Positions 12,039 to 24,457 of a DNA stretch of 64,000 bases are shown in pieces (the stretch's first letter is position 1; the number at the start of each line of letters is the position of its first letter). The translations under genes were made by a program, and so were the position numbers. Source of the DNA: Amoebophrya sp. A120 (lineage: Eukaryota > Protista > Dinoflagellata); the NCBI GenBank assembly GCA_905178155.1, contig CAJINV010000013.1, positions 1,988,281 to 2,052,280 of the forward strand, read 5' to 3'. Below the pieces are notes generated by a model. It was given only the letters and a program-made list of their open reading frames with translations, searched no databases and had not been told where the DNA came from.

Positions 12039-15000
12039 TGATTCCTGGTCCAGAAAAAGAATTCGCGCTGCAGTTGTCGCAGCTGCTGCTGTGTAACTAC
12101 TGCCAGTCACGATACGATCGACACGACTCTCCCTTTTGCAGTGCGTATTTCTTCTGGTCACCCGGCCATATTCTTCGTCGATCAGTTTCAGCTCCGAAAC
12201 GAGGCTATCCGTGATGCTGATGGTCGAGGCGTGTTGCTGCTGCTGCTGGTCATCAACATGTCCATTCACATGATGTAGCGAGGACCCCAAAGGCGGTGGG
12301 GCGGGCAACGAGGTAAGACCTGCTCTGCTCGACGAAGCACGGGTTGGATTCCTGTTGTTCCCCAGGTCGAAGGTAGAAGACGTACTAGATGCGTCCACAA
12401 CTGGTCCGTTGTCTTGGTCCTCTTTCTGCCGCGGGAGGAATCTTCCGGCACCACCAGTAAATGACCCGACCTCTGGTCGTCCCGCCTGCTCCGCAGAGCG
12501 ATCAAGAAGGTGGATAGCAACATCACTAGTGTCAACAGTTGCGGCGCCGTTTTGATAATTTTGATTTCTTTCCTCGCCGCCTGGACGACCGGCAGATGAG
12601 AAAGACGTTTTGGAAGAACCAGCTCTGCTGCCCTCGCCCACTTTACTAGTACCAGCATCATTGTAGAAGTTATATTGCGGGAGCGCGGGTGGCAGGCCAG
12701 AAGGAAGAACCGGCGGACCTTTCTTTCCAGACCTCGAAAGATTAGATGAAGGCGTGCTGGAGGACGTCGCCTTGCTGTTACCAGTGAGCGGCTGCTGAGT
12801 CAACATGTTGTGCTGATTATTTCTGCCGGTCGTCCAGGCGTGGTCCTCGCGGTCGTTGTGCTCGTCATAGTACTCTTCCCCGCGGTGTCGTCCTCTGCCC
12901 GCCAGGAACGCTCCGGCGTCGGCGGCAGCAGGAAGACCATTATCCGGCGGCACAGAGGACTTGGAGCCGCTGGAATTGTAGGATGGTCTCCTCGGAGGTG
13001 CTGCATGTAGTTCTTGTGCAGCGCCAACGCCAGCGACCACGTCTTGTGAAGTTTCATGTGGAAGACGAGCACCAGATTCTGATTCCTGGTGCAGGCCCTG
13101 TTTAATATCAGACGAGCTGATCTGTTCCAGCACTTTTTTCAAGGCGTCGTTCTGATAATACAGCTCTTGGAGCTTGTACCGGTACTGCTCCTTCTGCTGG
13201 GCTTGCCTTATGCAGGGCAAAAAAAAAACGTTCTTGCCAGCACAGAAGATGCAGATAACGAAACACGTGCGCAGTCGTCAGCAGGAAAGATGATGCATTA
13301 CAATACCCGTCTTTTTCATCTGCTCGTTCTCAAATTTCGCTCCGTTCCTATCGTCCTATCAATCTTTACCAACCACCCGACACGCCCGATGGCGTGTTGA
13401 GAGGAGAGGGGGCGAGGGCGTCGCGGTCCCTCACCGTAGAGACAGCCTAGAGGGATGCCTCAAGGTCCCCCCCATACGCCGCAGCGCCGGCGGCCCGAAG
13501 GACCCAGGGAGGCGCGCTGACCTGATGAATTCGGGCACCCCCAAGAGGGACCGGAGGCCCGACGGACCTTCGAGTCCTCGACCACCGCCAATCGCCGCGC
13601 AAAGGCCCAAAAAGACCACGCTCCAGCTGCCGGAGAACAAGGAGGCCCGCGCCCTAGCCGAAACAGCAGGCAGAAAGCGTCCGCAAAGCCATACTTCGCC
13701 AAGTGCTCAGAACGCAAGAAAAACCGACCCGCCTCGAAAGGAATCCTTTACCGGAGCCCCTCCTGCGAAATCTCGCCAACAAGCTAGGCGAGGAAAAGAA
13801 GATGGAGCGCCCCTGTCACAGCAACTCCGAAAACCTCCCCCGACAGTAAAACCCGTCGCGACAATATCGGCACAGGGCTGCGGACCCCAGTCCCGCTTCC
13901 TGAAACTTTGCCTGCTACGAGGGTAAGAACCCAGTTCCCGGCGCAGGCAATTCCGGGGCACAGAGCCGGCCCGTTCCTACGAATCCTATATGCCTTCGCA
14001 GTACCGCCGAAAAGCAAAAGCAAATAAGCCCCGCCGAGTATGTTCCTTAAAGCGAAGCACCTATAACGACGCGCGAAAGAGAAGCCGCGTCTGTGTCCCG
14101 TGCCGCTGGCCCGCCAGGCTGTAGGAGTCCCAACTTGGGGCTTCCCCCGCATCGCTCGAACCAATAGAAGACTGCTCGCGCCCATAGACCGAACAGGGGC
14201 GGGCCGAGGTAGGTAACGTCCTCAGCCTGATTGCCACCAACCGCCGTAGCAAATAAAATACTTCTTCCGGCCTCGCGCCAAAAAGGGGCCCGAGGGCAGA
14301 ACTCGAGCTAGACGGCTCCCGGGCCACCGAGTAACTCGCTCTCTCCTGTAGAAGGTCCATGTCTCCAAACCATTCAGCCAACCGGCCACACGTACTACAA
14401 TGGCATGGCGGTAACCATGAATGACCCACCGAAAACCGGCCTCGGTGGGTGGGTGCCCACAGAAAACCAGCGCGTTGGAGGAAAGAAGAGCCCCCTCTTG
14501 GACGCCTAATCCCCTTCCCCGCTAAGAGTGTACAAGCCAGCGGTGGGACCCTGCCTGTTGATTACGGGGCGAACCCGTCCAACCCCAAAGGTGGGAGAGA
14601 AAATCTAAAACCGTACATGCCGACATATAGACAGGTCCAAATGAGGCGCCCCAAAGAAACGGCCACGGCCTCCTGTAGCCAGTAGGCAAGCATCCCCGGG
14701 CGAAGCACAAACAATTGAATACCGGAGCGGGAATGTTAGCAAAACAAACCAACACCTTCCTTAACCTGGCCTTAGCCTCTAGCACCATAATCGCGCGCTG
14801 GGCCTGGCGGGTCAATTACCACCAGAAAAGCCCCTTGTGAAGCCTATGCACCGCCGAAACCTAGTGCGAAATCCGGAGCCTCGCCCTGCCAAGCTGTCTG
14901 GGTGCATCGAACACGACGCTCTCTGCTTCGGGACGGAAGATCTCCCTTGCCTATTCCCAAGTGAAACAAATCCCGGGGCCTGAGACTGAGTGAAGCGAAA

Positions 15001-18000
15001 ATACAACAACCTGAGTGAAGCGAAAATACAACAATGCATTACAATACCCGTCTTTTTCATCTGCTCGTTCTCAAAATTATTCTTTTGATAAATCATAGTA
15101 CATCGAAATGCAGAAGAGCTGGGGGCTGGTTACCATGTTGCCAAAGAAAGGAAGCAGACGCAGACGCAGATGTGCTTACGAGATCAAACGCAATTGTTTC
15201 TGTTTGAAAAGTATGTTCTGTCTCGTGCTAGCCAGAACTTTGTTTCCCAAGTGATATGCTTCTGCAGGTGCGCGCAGAGGCCCTGCCATTGGACGTCGCG
15301 GTCTTGCTCATGCTGCTTGAAGTCGGAAAGGATACCTGCAAGGAGGGTCAAATGATGATGTGTTGCAAGTCGATAAAGATTATAAGTGGATAACCGAAAA
15401 AAGAAATGGAAAACCTCAAAACAGAAATTGCTAGCGATTTTTGCTTTATGCCGCAGCAGCGGAGAACGAGCAATCGCATTGTAGTACTATTGATCCGGCC
15501 AGCACGGCCGGCAAAATAAATGCCACGAACGCAACATGATCATTTCTGTTCTATACCTGACAAGTCTACGTCGCGCTTTTCTTTCAATTCGTCGAGCTTT
15601 TTCTGAACGTCCGCTTTTTCTCTCCGCCCCGCTTCCGCGCACTCCTTCCAGTTGAGGCAGCCCGCATGCCACTTGGCCGCGTCCTTTTCCGCTTTTGCCA
15701 GCTTCTCTTGCAGTTCGCGCACAACTTCTACTGGTTGTACTTCGGCCCCGGCCGTTTTGCTCGCACTCGTCCCACTGCCGCCGGCAGCGTCTTTGTTCTG
15801 CAACGTGCGGAAGAAGTCGCTCGGGCACTGCTGCTGCTCTCCATCATGATCCTCAACATCGACGTTGTCGGGTGGCGGCGCTTATCAGATGCAAACATGT
15901 CTGGGTCTTTTTACGGAAAACATGTATTCCTCGAAAGAGGCCACAATCTGTGATGCGTGAAGCGGATGATCTCACCGCCACATCCCATTCCCAGCATGTT
16001 GTCGTTATGCTCATGCAAAAGTAAGCGCGACTCTCAGTCTTCTTCTTCACGCTAGCTAGGCATTTTGTATTTCTAGGACCACCCGTCAGAAAGTTTTTCA
16101 TGCTTAAAGACGTAAATGAAGTTCGATTCGCCTGTAGAGACGAGCATCACAAGTTTCCAGGCCCAGAGAGCAGACATCTTTACAATGCATAGTGTCCCGG
16201 GCTCGACGTTCGCTTTCGCCCAAAGTTCGTCGCGTTCGTTTAAGATATCGCACGAAAAAATAAGTGCAACTCTGGCGGCAATGTCAATCACGATTTTGCA
16301 GCAGGCTCTGGTGTTTGATAAGTTGTTCGGAGGTACGCATGACCCATAAAATTTGCCATGCCTCGTCCTGCTTCATGCATTTTTAGCAGAAACTGCAAGT
16401 GTAGTTGATTTTTGAATACACAAGTAGGCTGACCGTGAACAAGATGCGGATTTTTCCTTGCGATACTCGACGCTTATTATGTATTCGTCCTGCTCGTCCA
16501 GCTGCTTTTTTCTGTCCACAGAAAAACTTTCGAATCAACCCAAACAAAACACAGTCTTTTTTAGGGACAGTCAGAACACCAGACGAGTCGACATTCAGAA
16601 TCGAATGCATCTTCAATTTTCCGCATGACAAAGCCGATTGGTCGTGACTCGTCTGGAGCTTGTGCTTGACTTGCTTTGCTTCGATTCGACAAAATAGTGC
16701 ACATTATCTCCACATGCATACTTCAACTCGTCACATTTCTGCGATAGCTCCGCGTTGCGATCTTCGTATCTGGTGATGCACTCTTTCTGCTTCTGCAGCT
16801 TCTGCTTCAGGCTTGCCTGCGTGGCGGCCGCCGCAGCGGTGGACTTCACCTAAAATATTTTTCGTGATGATTTCATGGAGAAGCAAGATGAAGAAGCAAC
16901 AGCAAGGAGCTCGAGCAATAAAGGAATCTTGAGAACAAGAGAGGGATAATGTTGAGAATTACTACACAGAGGATGAGGAAGCGCGACTGCGGACAAATCA
17001 GAAGAAACAACAACTACAGTGTCGGTTCATTGTGTCACCAGAAACAATAAGTATGAGAGAAAAACAGGCGCCGTTTAGGAATGTCAGCTTGAAAAGAATC
17101 GTACCAAATTATCGCATTCCGCAACGAGTTGGGCTTTTTCGTTTTCCAAGGTTTTGAACTCCTGGAATCGAGGGAAAAAAGCAACCGCGACCCGGAAAAT
17201 AAATGCGGAAGCAAATAGTGCAACGTACTAGTGCATGATGATGCATCAAAATCAAATGGAACCTTAACCTTATGTCAAGAAAATCCAAATTCATCCGTAG
17301 GAATCGAATACTGATGCATCATGCATCATGCACATTCACATGCAGCGCCAATGCGTGACGATAATCTTCCTCAAGACATCCGAGTTTGTTGTTCTGGTGC
17401 GCTGTTTTTGTCAAATTTTCGTACTTCCTGGCCTTTCGCCCATTCGTCGTGGTACAGCTGGCAGGCCGCTCTCTGTTTTGTGTTGATTTTTTTCCAAAAG
17501 TATGATCTTCATTCAAATCGTGCTAAGGACATTGTTGCACTTGTTCGCAAGAAGTATTTTTTCCCTTTGCGTTTGTCTCCTCGTGGTAAGTAGCTTTATT
17601 ATTCATCGCCATGACACCTGATCTTCCACCTCCGCCGCTTTGTTGTCCCGGTCACTGGATACAGCAGCAAGTTCGTATCCTGTGCAAAAACGCAGTTTTT
17701 ACCCGCGCCAGAGCTGTCATGGAGATCTAGCACCATGATGCGCAGCAAGTGTCGGATCATGTTGCGACTTATATATTCCTTCTTGAATAAAGAGCCATTT
17801 ACATTTTGTGGTTGACGCATTCATGCCACAATTTGAATTTCCAAAAATCATAACCTCGTCTATCCTTTCCACCTACGGATGTCAAACATGCGTGACTCGC
17901 ACCAGAACGCTCGATTTGTTCCCATGATCGTGAAGATGACTCTGGGGCGGGGACGCTGAGGTTTTTACGCAGCGGGATAATTCGGCCTCCAAATTCCGGC

Positions 18001-18480
18001 ACTGCAGTTCCAGCTCCTTGTAGGTGGGTTTGGACGCCTGGAGGCACGGCATGGCGGTCGTCCCGATGGTGGGCTCCTCCAGCAAGAGATCGGTCTTGAA
18101 AAGAAACAGGACCAGAGGCAGAGAGAACTGTAGTGCACAAAGAAAACCAGCTGCAGCGCCACCCACCGGAGAGGCAGGAGAACGAAGTCGTCCAGAAGAC
18201 CGCTCGTCAGAAGATCTCGGGTCGTTCGTAGTGAAAAGTAGATGGCGCGGCAGATGGTAGTACTTACTACAGCGACGGTGGTCAAGAACGGGGTCGTGAT
18301 CTAGAAGTTCGCCCGCTGGTAAAGATGATAGATTGATCCTGCGCGAGGACCAGAAGTGTGGACGTCCAAGTCTCGTGACACCAGCAGCTAGACCGGAATA
18401 CAAAGAACGGGACGGAGCAGGAGCACCTCCTCGTCCTCCAGCGCGTTTGAAGATAATGATTTTTTCCCTACAACTACTCG
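12024..18480 (-). CDS. Multi-exon unknown protein with coiled-coil segments and a low-complexity C-terminus (5' limit uncertain)
   Basis: Exon-like ORFs at 16613-16849 (SLKQKLQKQKECITRYEDRN), 15540-15803 (VRELQEKLAKAEK) and 12024-13220, with AG acceptors near 16850, 15336 and 13208. Confidence 0.55.
13335..15033 (+). mobile_element. 1.7-kb GC-rich insertion with a 42-bp target-site duplication and a terminal 25-bp tandem repeat
   Basis: atgcattacaatacccgtctttttcatctgctcgttctcaaa at 13293-13334 and 15034-15075; ctgagtgaagcgaaaatacaaca(ac) twice at 14986-15033. Confidence 0.8.
15340..15555 (-). other. GT-AG intron (15336-15556) apparently derived from an introner
   Basis: DR cctgc/cctga; residual TIR aaatgat(g/c)atg..ttgc. 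One end is still TAT, the other is now a pyrimidine tract on the coding strand. Confidence 0.65.
15883..16191. mobile_element. Introner-like element related to family 1, 309 bp, DR decayed
   Basis: Starts tatcagatgcaaacatgtctggg, ends cagacatctttacaatgcata. Removing it plus 5 nt joins VEPGT-PPPDNVDVEDH in frame. Confidence 0.8.
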
Positions 18481-18830
18481 CCTGTATAGATCGGAGCCAC
18501 GTATTCTCGAGCGGAGCTCCTGGGGGGTAAGAGGTTGTAGAGCTAGAGGTGCATCTTCGTCGGCGTACTGTCCAAACCGAGAACTACACCAGAAGAAAGA
18601 AGACAATCGGAATCCAATCTCGTCCTTCAAATGTAACCACAGTGGGTCGTGGCGGAGCAGTCACTGTAGCGCATATTGCTTGTCAAATTTTGTTATAGGT
18701 GGGTCCTCGATTGAAAATCTGCAGTGTAAGTAAGTACGCGTGGTGACCCGACATTGTGCTCGAAAAGCTCTCTATTTCTTTGATCACAAGCGCTTTGTTT
18801 GCATTCATACTCATCGATCTCTATAAGTAG

Positions 18831-18976
18831 ACCTCCTACCAGCCCTGAGGAGGTGACCATCTTCATGCGGGGGCAACACTCATGGTCCCCGTAGTACTAT
18901 CTGAGGTGCATTGCTTCATCTCGAGGATTTGAGTTCTTTTTACACGCGGAGGTGCGTGGTGCTGAACCACGTGCCC
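18831..18976 (+). ncRNA. Candidate four-hairpin structured RNA
   Basis: Stems at 18831-54, 18866-93, 18903-22 and 18951-75 with G-U pairs favouring the + strand; U-rich linker before the last stem. Confidence 0.3.
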
Positions 18977-21900
18977 GAAAAAGCTTACCCTTTTTCTATT
19001 TTTGCAAAAATACTATGACGAATTTGCTATTTATCTTGAAGAGGCGCTGCAAAAACTAGTCGTTCGCTCCTACTAAGTTGTACTGGAGCCGATTTGCAGC
19101 TGCGCAAAAACTTCTATAAGTTTAACTTTTTATTTCAATATCGCACCAAGACCAACTCATCGGAGGACGTTGACAGCACCGCTCGTCTTGCTCAATGAAA
19201 GAAGGCAAATTTGAGAAAAACGAAACTAACAGGACAGACAGTCAATAACCTGAATTTCACATTCACGTGCACGAATTTTTGAAATACCGCAGTTACTCGC
19301 TCAACCAAGAATACTCCGTGCAGAATCAACCAACAAGCCAGGGTTTGTATGGAAGCTTCTCGCTTTCAGTCGGATTCCATGCGGATCGACTTGACATTTT
19401 AATTTTTTTTCTTGCACATCAAAAATAAACATAAAGTAGAAAGTACGGTCTGAAAACACATTTTTATTTTCCTCACAAGCATTGCAATATCAACGTTGAT
19501 GACTATCTCTATCGTTTTATCAAGGTGGCGTTTTTCGGTGTCGCATCAGTACCGGTGTGCTGGATTCGCTTCGACTTCGTGGTGGCACAACTGTCTACTA
19601 GTGTGAGTTCCACCAACCTACAACCCTAGAACAGAAAAATGAAAAAAAAATCTCCTAGAAGTTGAAGAAGTTCTGATTGAAACGAAATCATATACGGCGT
19701 TCCGAGTGCCATTTTTAACAAATTTTCGTATACTACAGCAAAGTAGAAATAGGTCCTAGTCCTTGCCGGAGGAGCCGCCCACAAACGAAACGATGCGTGG
19801 GTGCAATGGTAGATGAATTTCAGGTGAAACAGTAGAAAAAATTGAGAGACCCCAATGAAGCAGAAATGCCCAGCAAAATGAGCACCGTAGAACTACTACA
19901 AATATATCTAAACCGAAATGCATCGTGCTGTCGTGATTATCTTCCCGCTCTGTGTGGACGCCTCTACAAGGCTTATTTAGCGAAAGATAATGATTTGCGT
20001 TTGTTTATCGAAAGCAATACTTGTTCAGTACCGCTTGTGCTTGATGTTTATTCGGAAAGCAGGCACGTTCTTAACTAGCAGCACGTGGAAAAACTAAAAA
20101 AAGAAATTCGTTACGCAAAACCTGACAGGTACAAAGACACTTTGTAACTTTCTCGCACGGTGGATTTCGGCGCTTGTGGTGGAGCGGCGATTTCCGAAGC
20201 ACTAACGCGTTCGCGTGGGAGCTGTGACAGGCCCCCCATAGAGTAGACCTTTATTTTTCAGCAGTAATTGAAGCTTGGTTTTGTATTCTCAACAACATCA
20301 CACTAGAGTACAAGTACTTACGTAGATACTTCCGTCAACTGCCAACTCAGATAGGTGCGCTCCGCAAGGGGATGCAACTCTCTTTTGCAATTTTTTGAAA
20401 AACTTCATAAAACTTGATTGATTTGTGGCAGAAAAAAGACTGCAATACTTTTCGATTTGTTGTTTTAGCAGTGGGTGCAGGAGCTGCAAATAAAGTCTGC
20501 AGCACTTGAACAAGAAATTGCAAAGCAGGAAAACCTCTACAAAAAAACCTTTACACGAGATCTGCGCAGGTCCATTGCGAATTTAATATATAAAAGTGCT
20601 ATAGTAGTTCTTATCATCTCCCCCTGTGTTGATAGATAGTGTAAAGACATCAAAAATGTCATCACACTTAGGTGCCGTGCGTACCCACGATGGAAACGAC
20701 GTCGATAAACAAGGTCCGGGCCTTGGGTTCGACGTCCCGTCGGCGCGGTTTTGGAACCACTTCTACGCGCTTCTCTCGTAGTGCCGACGTAACTGTAGCC
20801 GACTGGTTAAAACAGGCGCGTCTGGGTCGTGGAGCTGCCATTGTTGACTTCGTCTCCGCTTTCTGCAGCCGCTCCCGCTCCGCGCAACATTTGGTGTTGC
20901 AATTTCGCGTCATGGTCTCTGGCGCTGCGTTCCATATCGGCCTGGAGCTCTATCATGAAGAAACACCCTCCCTCCTCATACTTTTGTGGTGCGTGGTTTG
21001 CCTACTACACAAATCTCCTTCGTTTTCTTGCAGCAAGGAACTTCGACTTGACTATTTCTCTAGCGGACTTGTTTAAGATTTGTAGAAGAAGTCTACTTAC
21101 ATTGATTTCTATTCCTTGTTGCGGATCTTCAATGACTGAAAAAGGTGAGTTTTTGTTTTTCTCTCTGATAAGCTCCGCTTCTTCCTATCCACAGAAAAAA
21201 ACCCATCCCCATCCATTTTTTGCATGACAGACACAGGATTCTATCTCTATGTATGTTTTCCATGACAAATTGAATGGGGATGGGTTTTTTTTTGTGGATA
21301 CTTCCCCAGAGGACAGCATCAAATCGTCGCAGTCGTCGAAATCGCCGTGCTATACATTGTACATATGTCATCTGGATCTTCACCTGGAAGGGTCGTGTAA
21401 GGCTACTGTCTGAATGACAACCGGACTGAAGTACTACCTACGTAGCCGCGCATGAAAAAAAACATACGGAAATGTAAATGACAAATGAAATCGCGCTTAT
21501 ATTTCTGCATACCTTTATTTATAGAAGCAGTGCATCGCTTTCGCTGTTCTGCAACACGCATGAAAGACTTCAGGACAACGCGACCCAAATCCAAGTTATC
21601 CAGGAGAACAAGCATTGCACCCTGGTTTCACCAGAGGACCTATTTACAATGCATATGTGTCCGAATTGCTTTTGGAAGCTGACGGGGTGTAGCAAGTAGC
21701 AGACGGTCTGGTGATCGTCTTTTCTTCGGATCAAACGGGAGATGCGGTTTTGCACGCTGTAAAACTGGTTAGTCCGGGGGTTGAACTGGTCGGTAAAGTT
21801 GACCAGGTGGTTTCTGTGGTCCGAAAACGGATTATCCAGCACAAAGATCATGATGCCTCAGGAGCCCGAAACAGGCACACCTATGAATGTACTGACTAGA

Positions 21901-22065
21901 AGCTCGAAGTCAAAAACTCACAGCGAATCACAGTCCACCAAACCTCAAATTGCAGTGGAATAATAATTCAAGATGTTGATGCCATAGCCACTGCCACCTT
22001 ATTGTTGAACTGTGTGCATGACAAATTGGGGGGTGCTGCTGGGGGCAGGGGAACAAGAAGTTGTA

Positions 22066-23667
22066 TCATGTTGCATACGGATCATCCGCCTTGTCGTTCA
22101 TTTCCAGCTCGGGAGAAGTGGATGTAGGAGAGTCCTCGTCCTCCTCCTCGGACTCGTCGCGCTTCTTGTCACCTTCAAGACCATCCTCAACATGGTAAAA
22201 ATTCTTGATCTTGATCGTCTCGCGCTCGCCCGTCATCATGGTGCCCTTGCTGTGTGTTCTTCCGCTGCCGCTCAGCATCTTTTCGTGCGGTTGTCTCCTG
22301 CCACCTCTGTCTCGTGGTGCTCCTTGCGTCGTCTCTCGTCCCTGATCGCGTTCTTTCATTTTTCGCAGCAGCTCCACTGGTCGTGTGCCACGACCTCTGT
22401 GCTCCATTTCGGTCTCTCTGCCTTCCTCGATCTTCTTTGGAGCGAAAATCGAGCAGCTCGGACGCCTTGTTCTACGTGGTGGCGCAAGGCGGGAAGTTGA
22501 CCTACAATTGGAGTTGGATAATCTTTAGTTGTTCTGTAGCAGGAGCACGACTACAGATTCAGCTGTGGTGAGCGAAGGAAAAAAGTAAAAAGCTATACGA
22601 AGTGAAAAAAAAAATTTTAGTAAGAGCCAATGAAAATACGTACTTAGAAAACGATTCATTTTTACCATGTATCCTGCGGAGCCTTCATGAACATGTCCAG
22701 TCCCAGGTTTTTGGTCCGTGCGATGCCCCTTGGCGCTAGCACGTCAGTGATTTTGTGGTCGATGACTTTTCCCTGGCGCGCGTGGTCCTCCAACCCGAGG
22801 CAGAGCAGCCAAAACTCGGTCGCTGCCAGAATGTCCAGGCTTTCTGCGTCCAGGACGCAAACGGTCTTTCCCTTGTGCTGATCCTCATCCTGCGCCATAA
22901 ACAGCTTCACTATGCAACAACACTACTCAGGTGTTACGATTTCAAGTCTACTTAGTACATTGAAATAAACGCCACTGAGTACTACCCGTTCATTATGCGG
23001 GTCCGGGTGGACCAACCGAATAAAGACAGAATGGAGAACAACGCAAGTTAGGTACAGGATGCAAGCTTCATCTGGCTCGCAAATCCACATATTTGAAACT
23101 CGAGTCAATGTACGAAAACGAATCGTAAATTAGCATAGAAGTAAAAACGGTTGAAACTGTACGCACCTGAGCAAGATGGATATTCACCCACTCCAGCTTC
23201 TTGCAGCCCTCATACTTGGTGGACAGGTGCGGGGGCGGGTAGTCGACGGCAACAGGAAAGCCGCTGGAGGGGGCGACTCGACGTTCCGGCTGAACAGATA
23301 CTTCTAGAGGACCCTCTGCAACTACGGCATCGTGGGCAGCTCCTTCAGGGGCAAAGTGGACACTTTTTTTATTCGCACCGGCCGCTGGCCCGCCTCGTCC
23401 GCCAGCGTGATGCAGCGGCCTAGTCGCCGCTGCCCGCCCAGCTGGTGCAACCATAGTACAACTCATCTCCCTCGCTCCTGCAAAGAACGGCGCTGCCGCG
23501 GCTCCGGGTCCTCCGCCCGGCGGAATTATGCTCTGTGCACGACCAGCATATGAGGAGGAACCAGATCCAGATGACGTGGAACCGCCGTAGGATACCGTCG
23601 GCGACTTTGTGTGTAGAACTGCCGTTCTTTTGATTCGCTTCAACAGACCTACCGCGCGCTGTTCCAT
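22066..23667 (-). CDS. Multi-exon unknown protein with canonical GT-AG introns
   Basis: ORFs 23068-23667, 22662-22910 and 22066-22407. Donor cag/gtgcgt near 23167; the intron at about 22502-22666 joins DTW-STSRLAPP in frame. Confidence 0.55.
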
Positions 23668-24457
23668 TTCGTGTGTGCGTACAAGATCGACGTCTTCGTT
23701 CGGGTTATAGAAGTGCTTGTGGGCAGCGGTCTTGATGGTGGAGGAGTCAAGAACGTCGGAAGAAAATTCGTGATCATTCGCACCGCTTTATGGACTTCTC
23801 ACAAGTTACATTGATAGCTGGCGTTACATGAAGATTTGTGATGCAAAAGTAATGTTCTCAGCAGCCACGGCCACCCGATCAATCACTACTTCGCATGCCA
23901 AAATATCTCAGTTCTAAACAGGGTGGAAATCTGTTCCAAATTTGTGACGCAAGGCGCGGCGTAAACTTGTCTCTTAACTTTTACTTGTGCTGTTCTTGCC
24001 TCACAAACCCATGTACTAACGGCTATCAATGTAACGTTTGAGAACTCCATACGCTTTTCATCGCGCCACCGCTCCTGCCGTTGGTAGTAGTTCCGCCACC
24101 ATGATCATTCGCTGCTGTCGTGGTGTCACCCCGTGGGCTGCCTTGTTCGTATTGTGAGGAAAAGTCTCCCCACCCCATATTTAATTATGCAAACTCCAAG
24201 GAAGAGCCCGGTGGCTTATGTCGGCTGCGCTCCCGAAGGCAAACGTAGTGCCAGCCCCGAGGGAGGTAAATGGGGGTGGGAGGTGGGCAGACAATCCGAT
24301 CTTTTCAGGAGAAGAATGCAAACACGAAAACATAGCGGAACATCGACGCTGCACTCTTTCCGATTGGTCGGTAGGCTCTTGTTGTTTTTTGGAGTTCACT
24401 GCACAAGATCTGCACAAAGAATCCATTAAGATTTCGTCATATCAGCGGCAAAGTTAT

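Noticed and set aside
18845-18980. Hammerhead ribozyme (ctgagga ... gaaa)
   Set aside because: The core motifs are about 120 nt apart and stems I and III cannot be formed convincingly.
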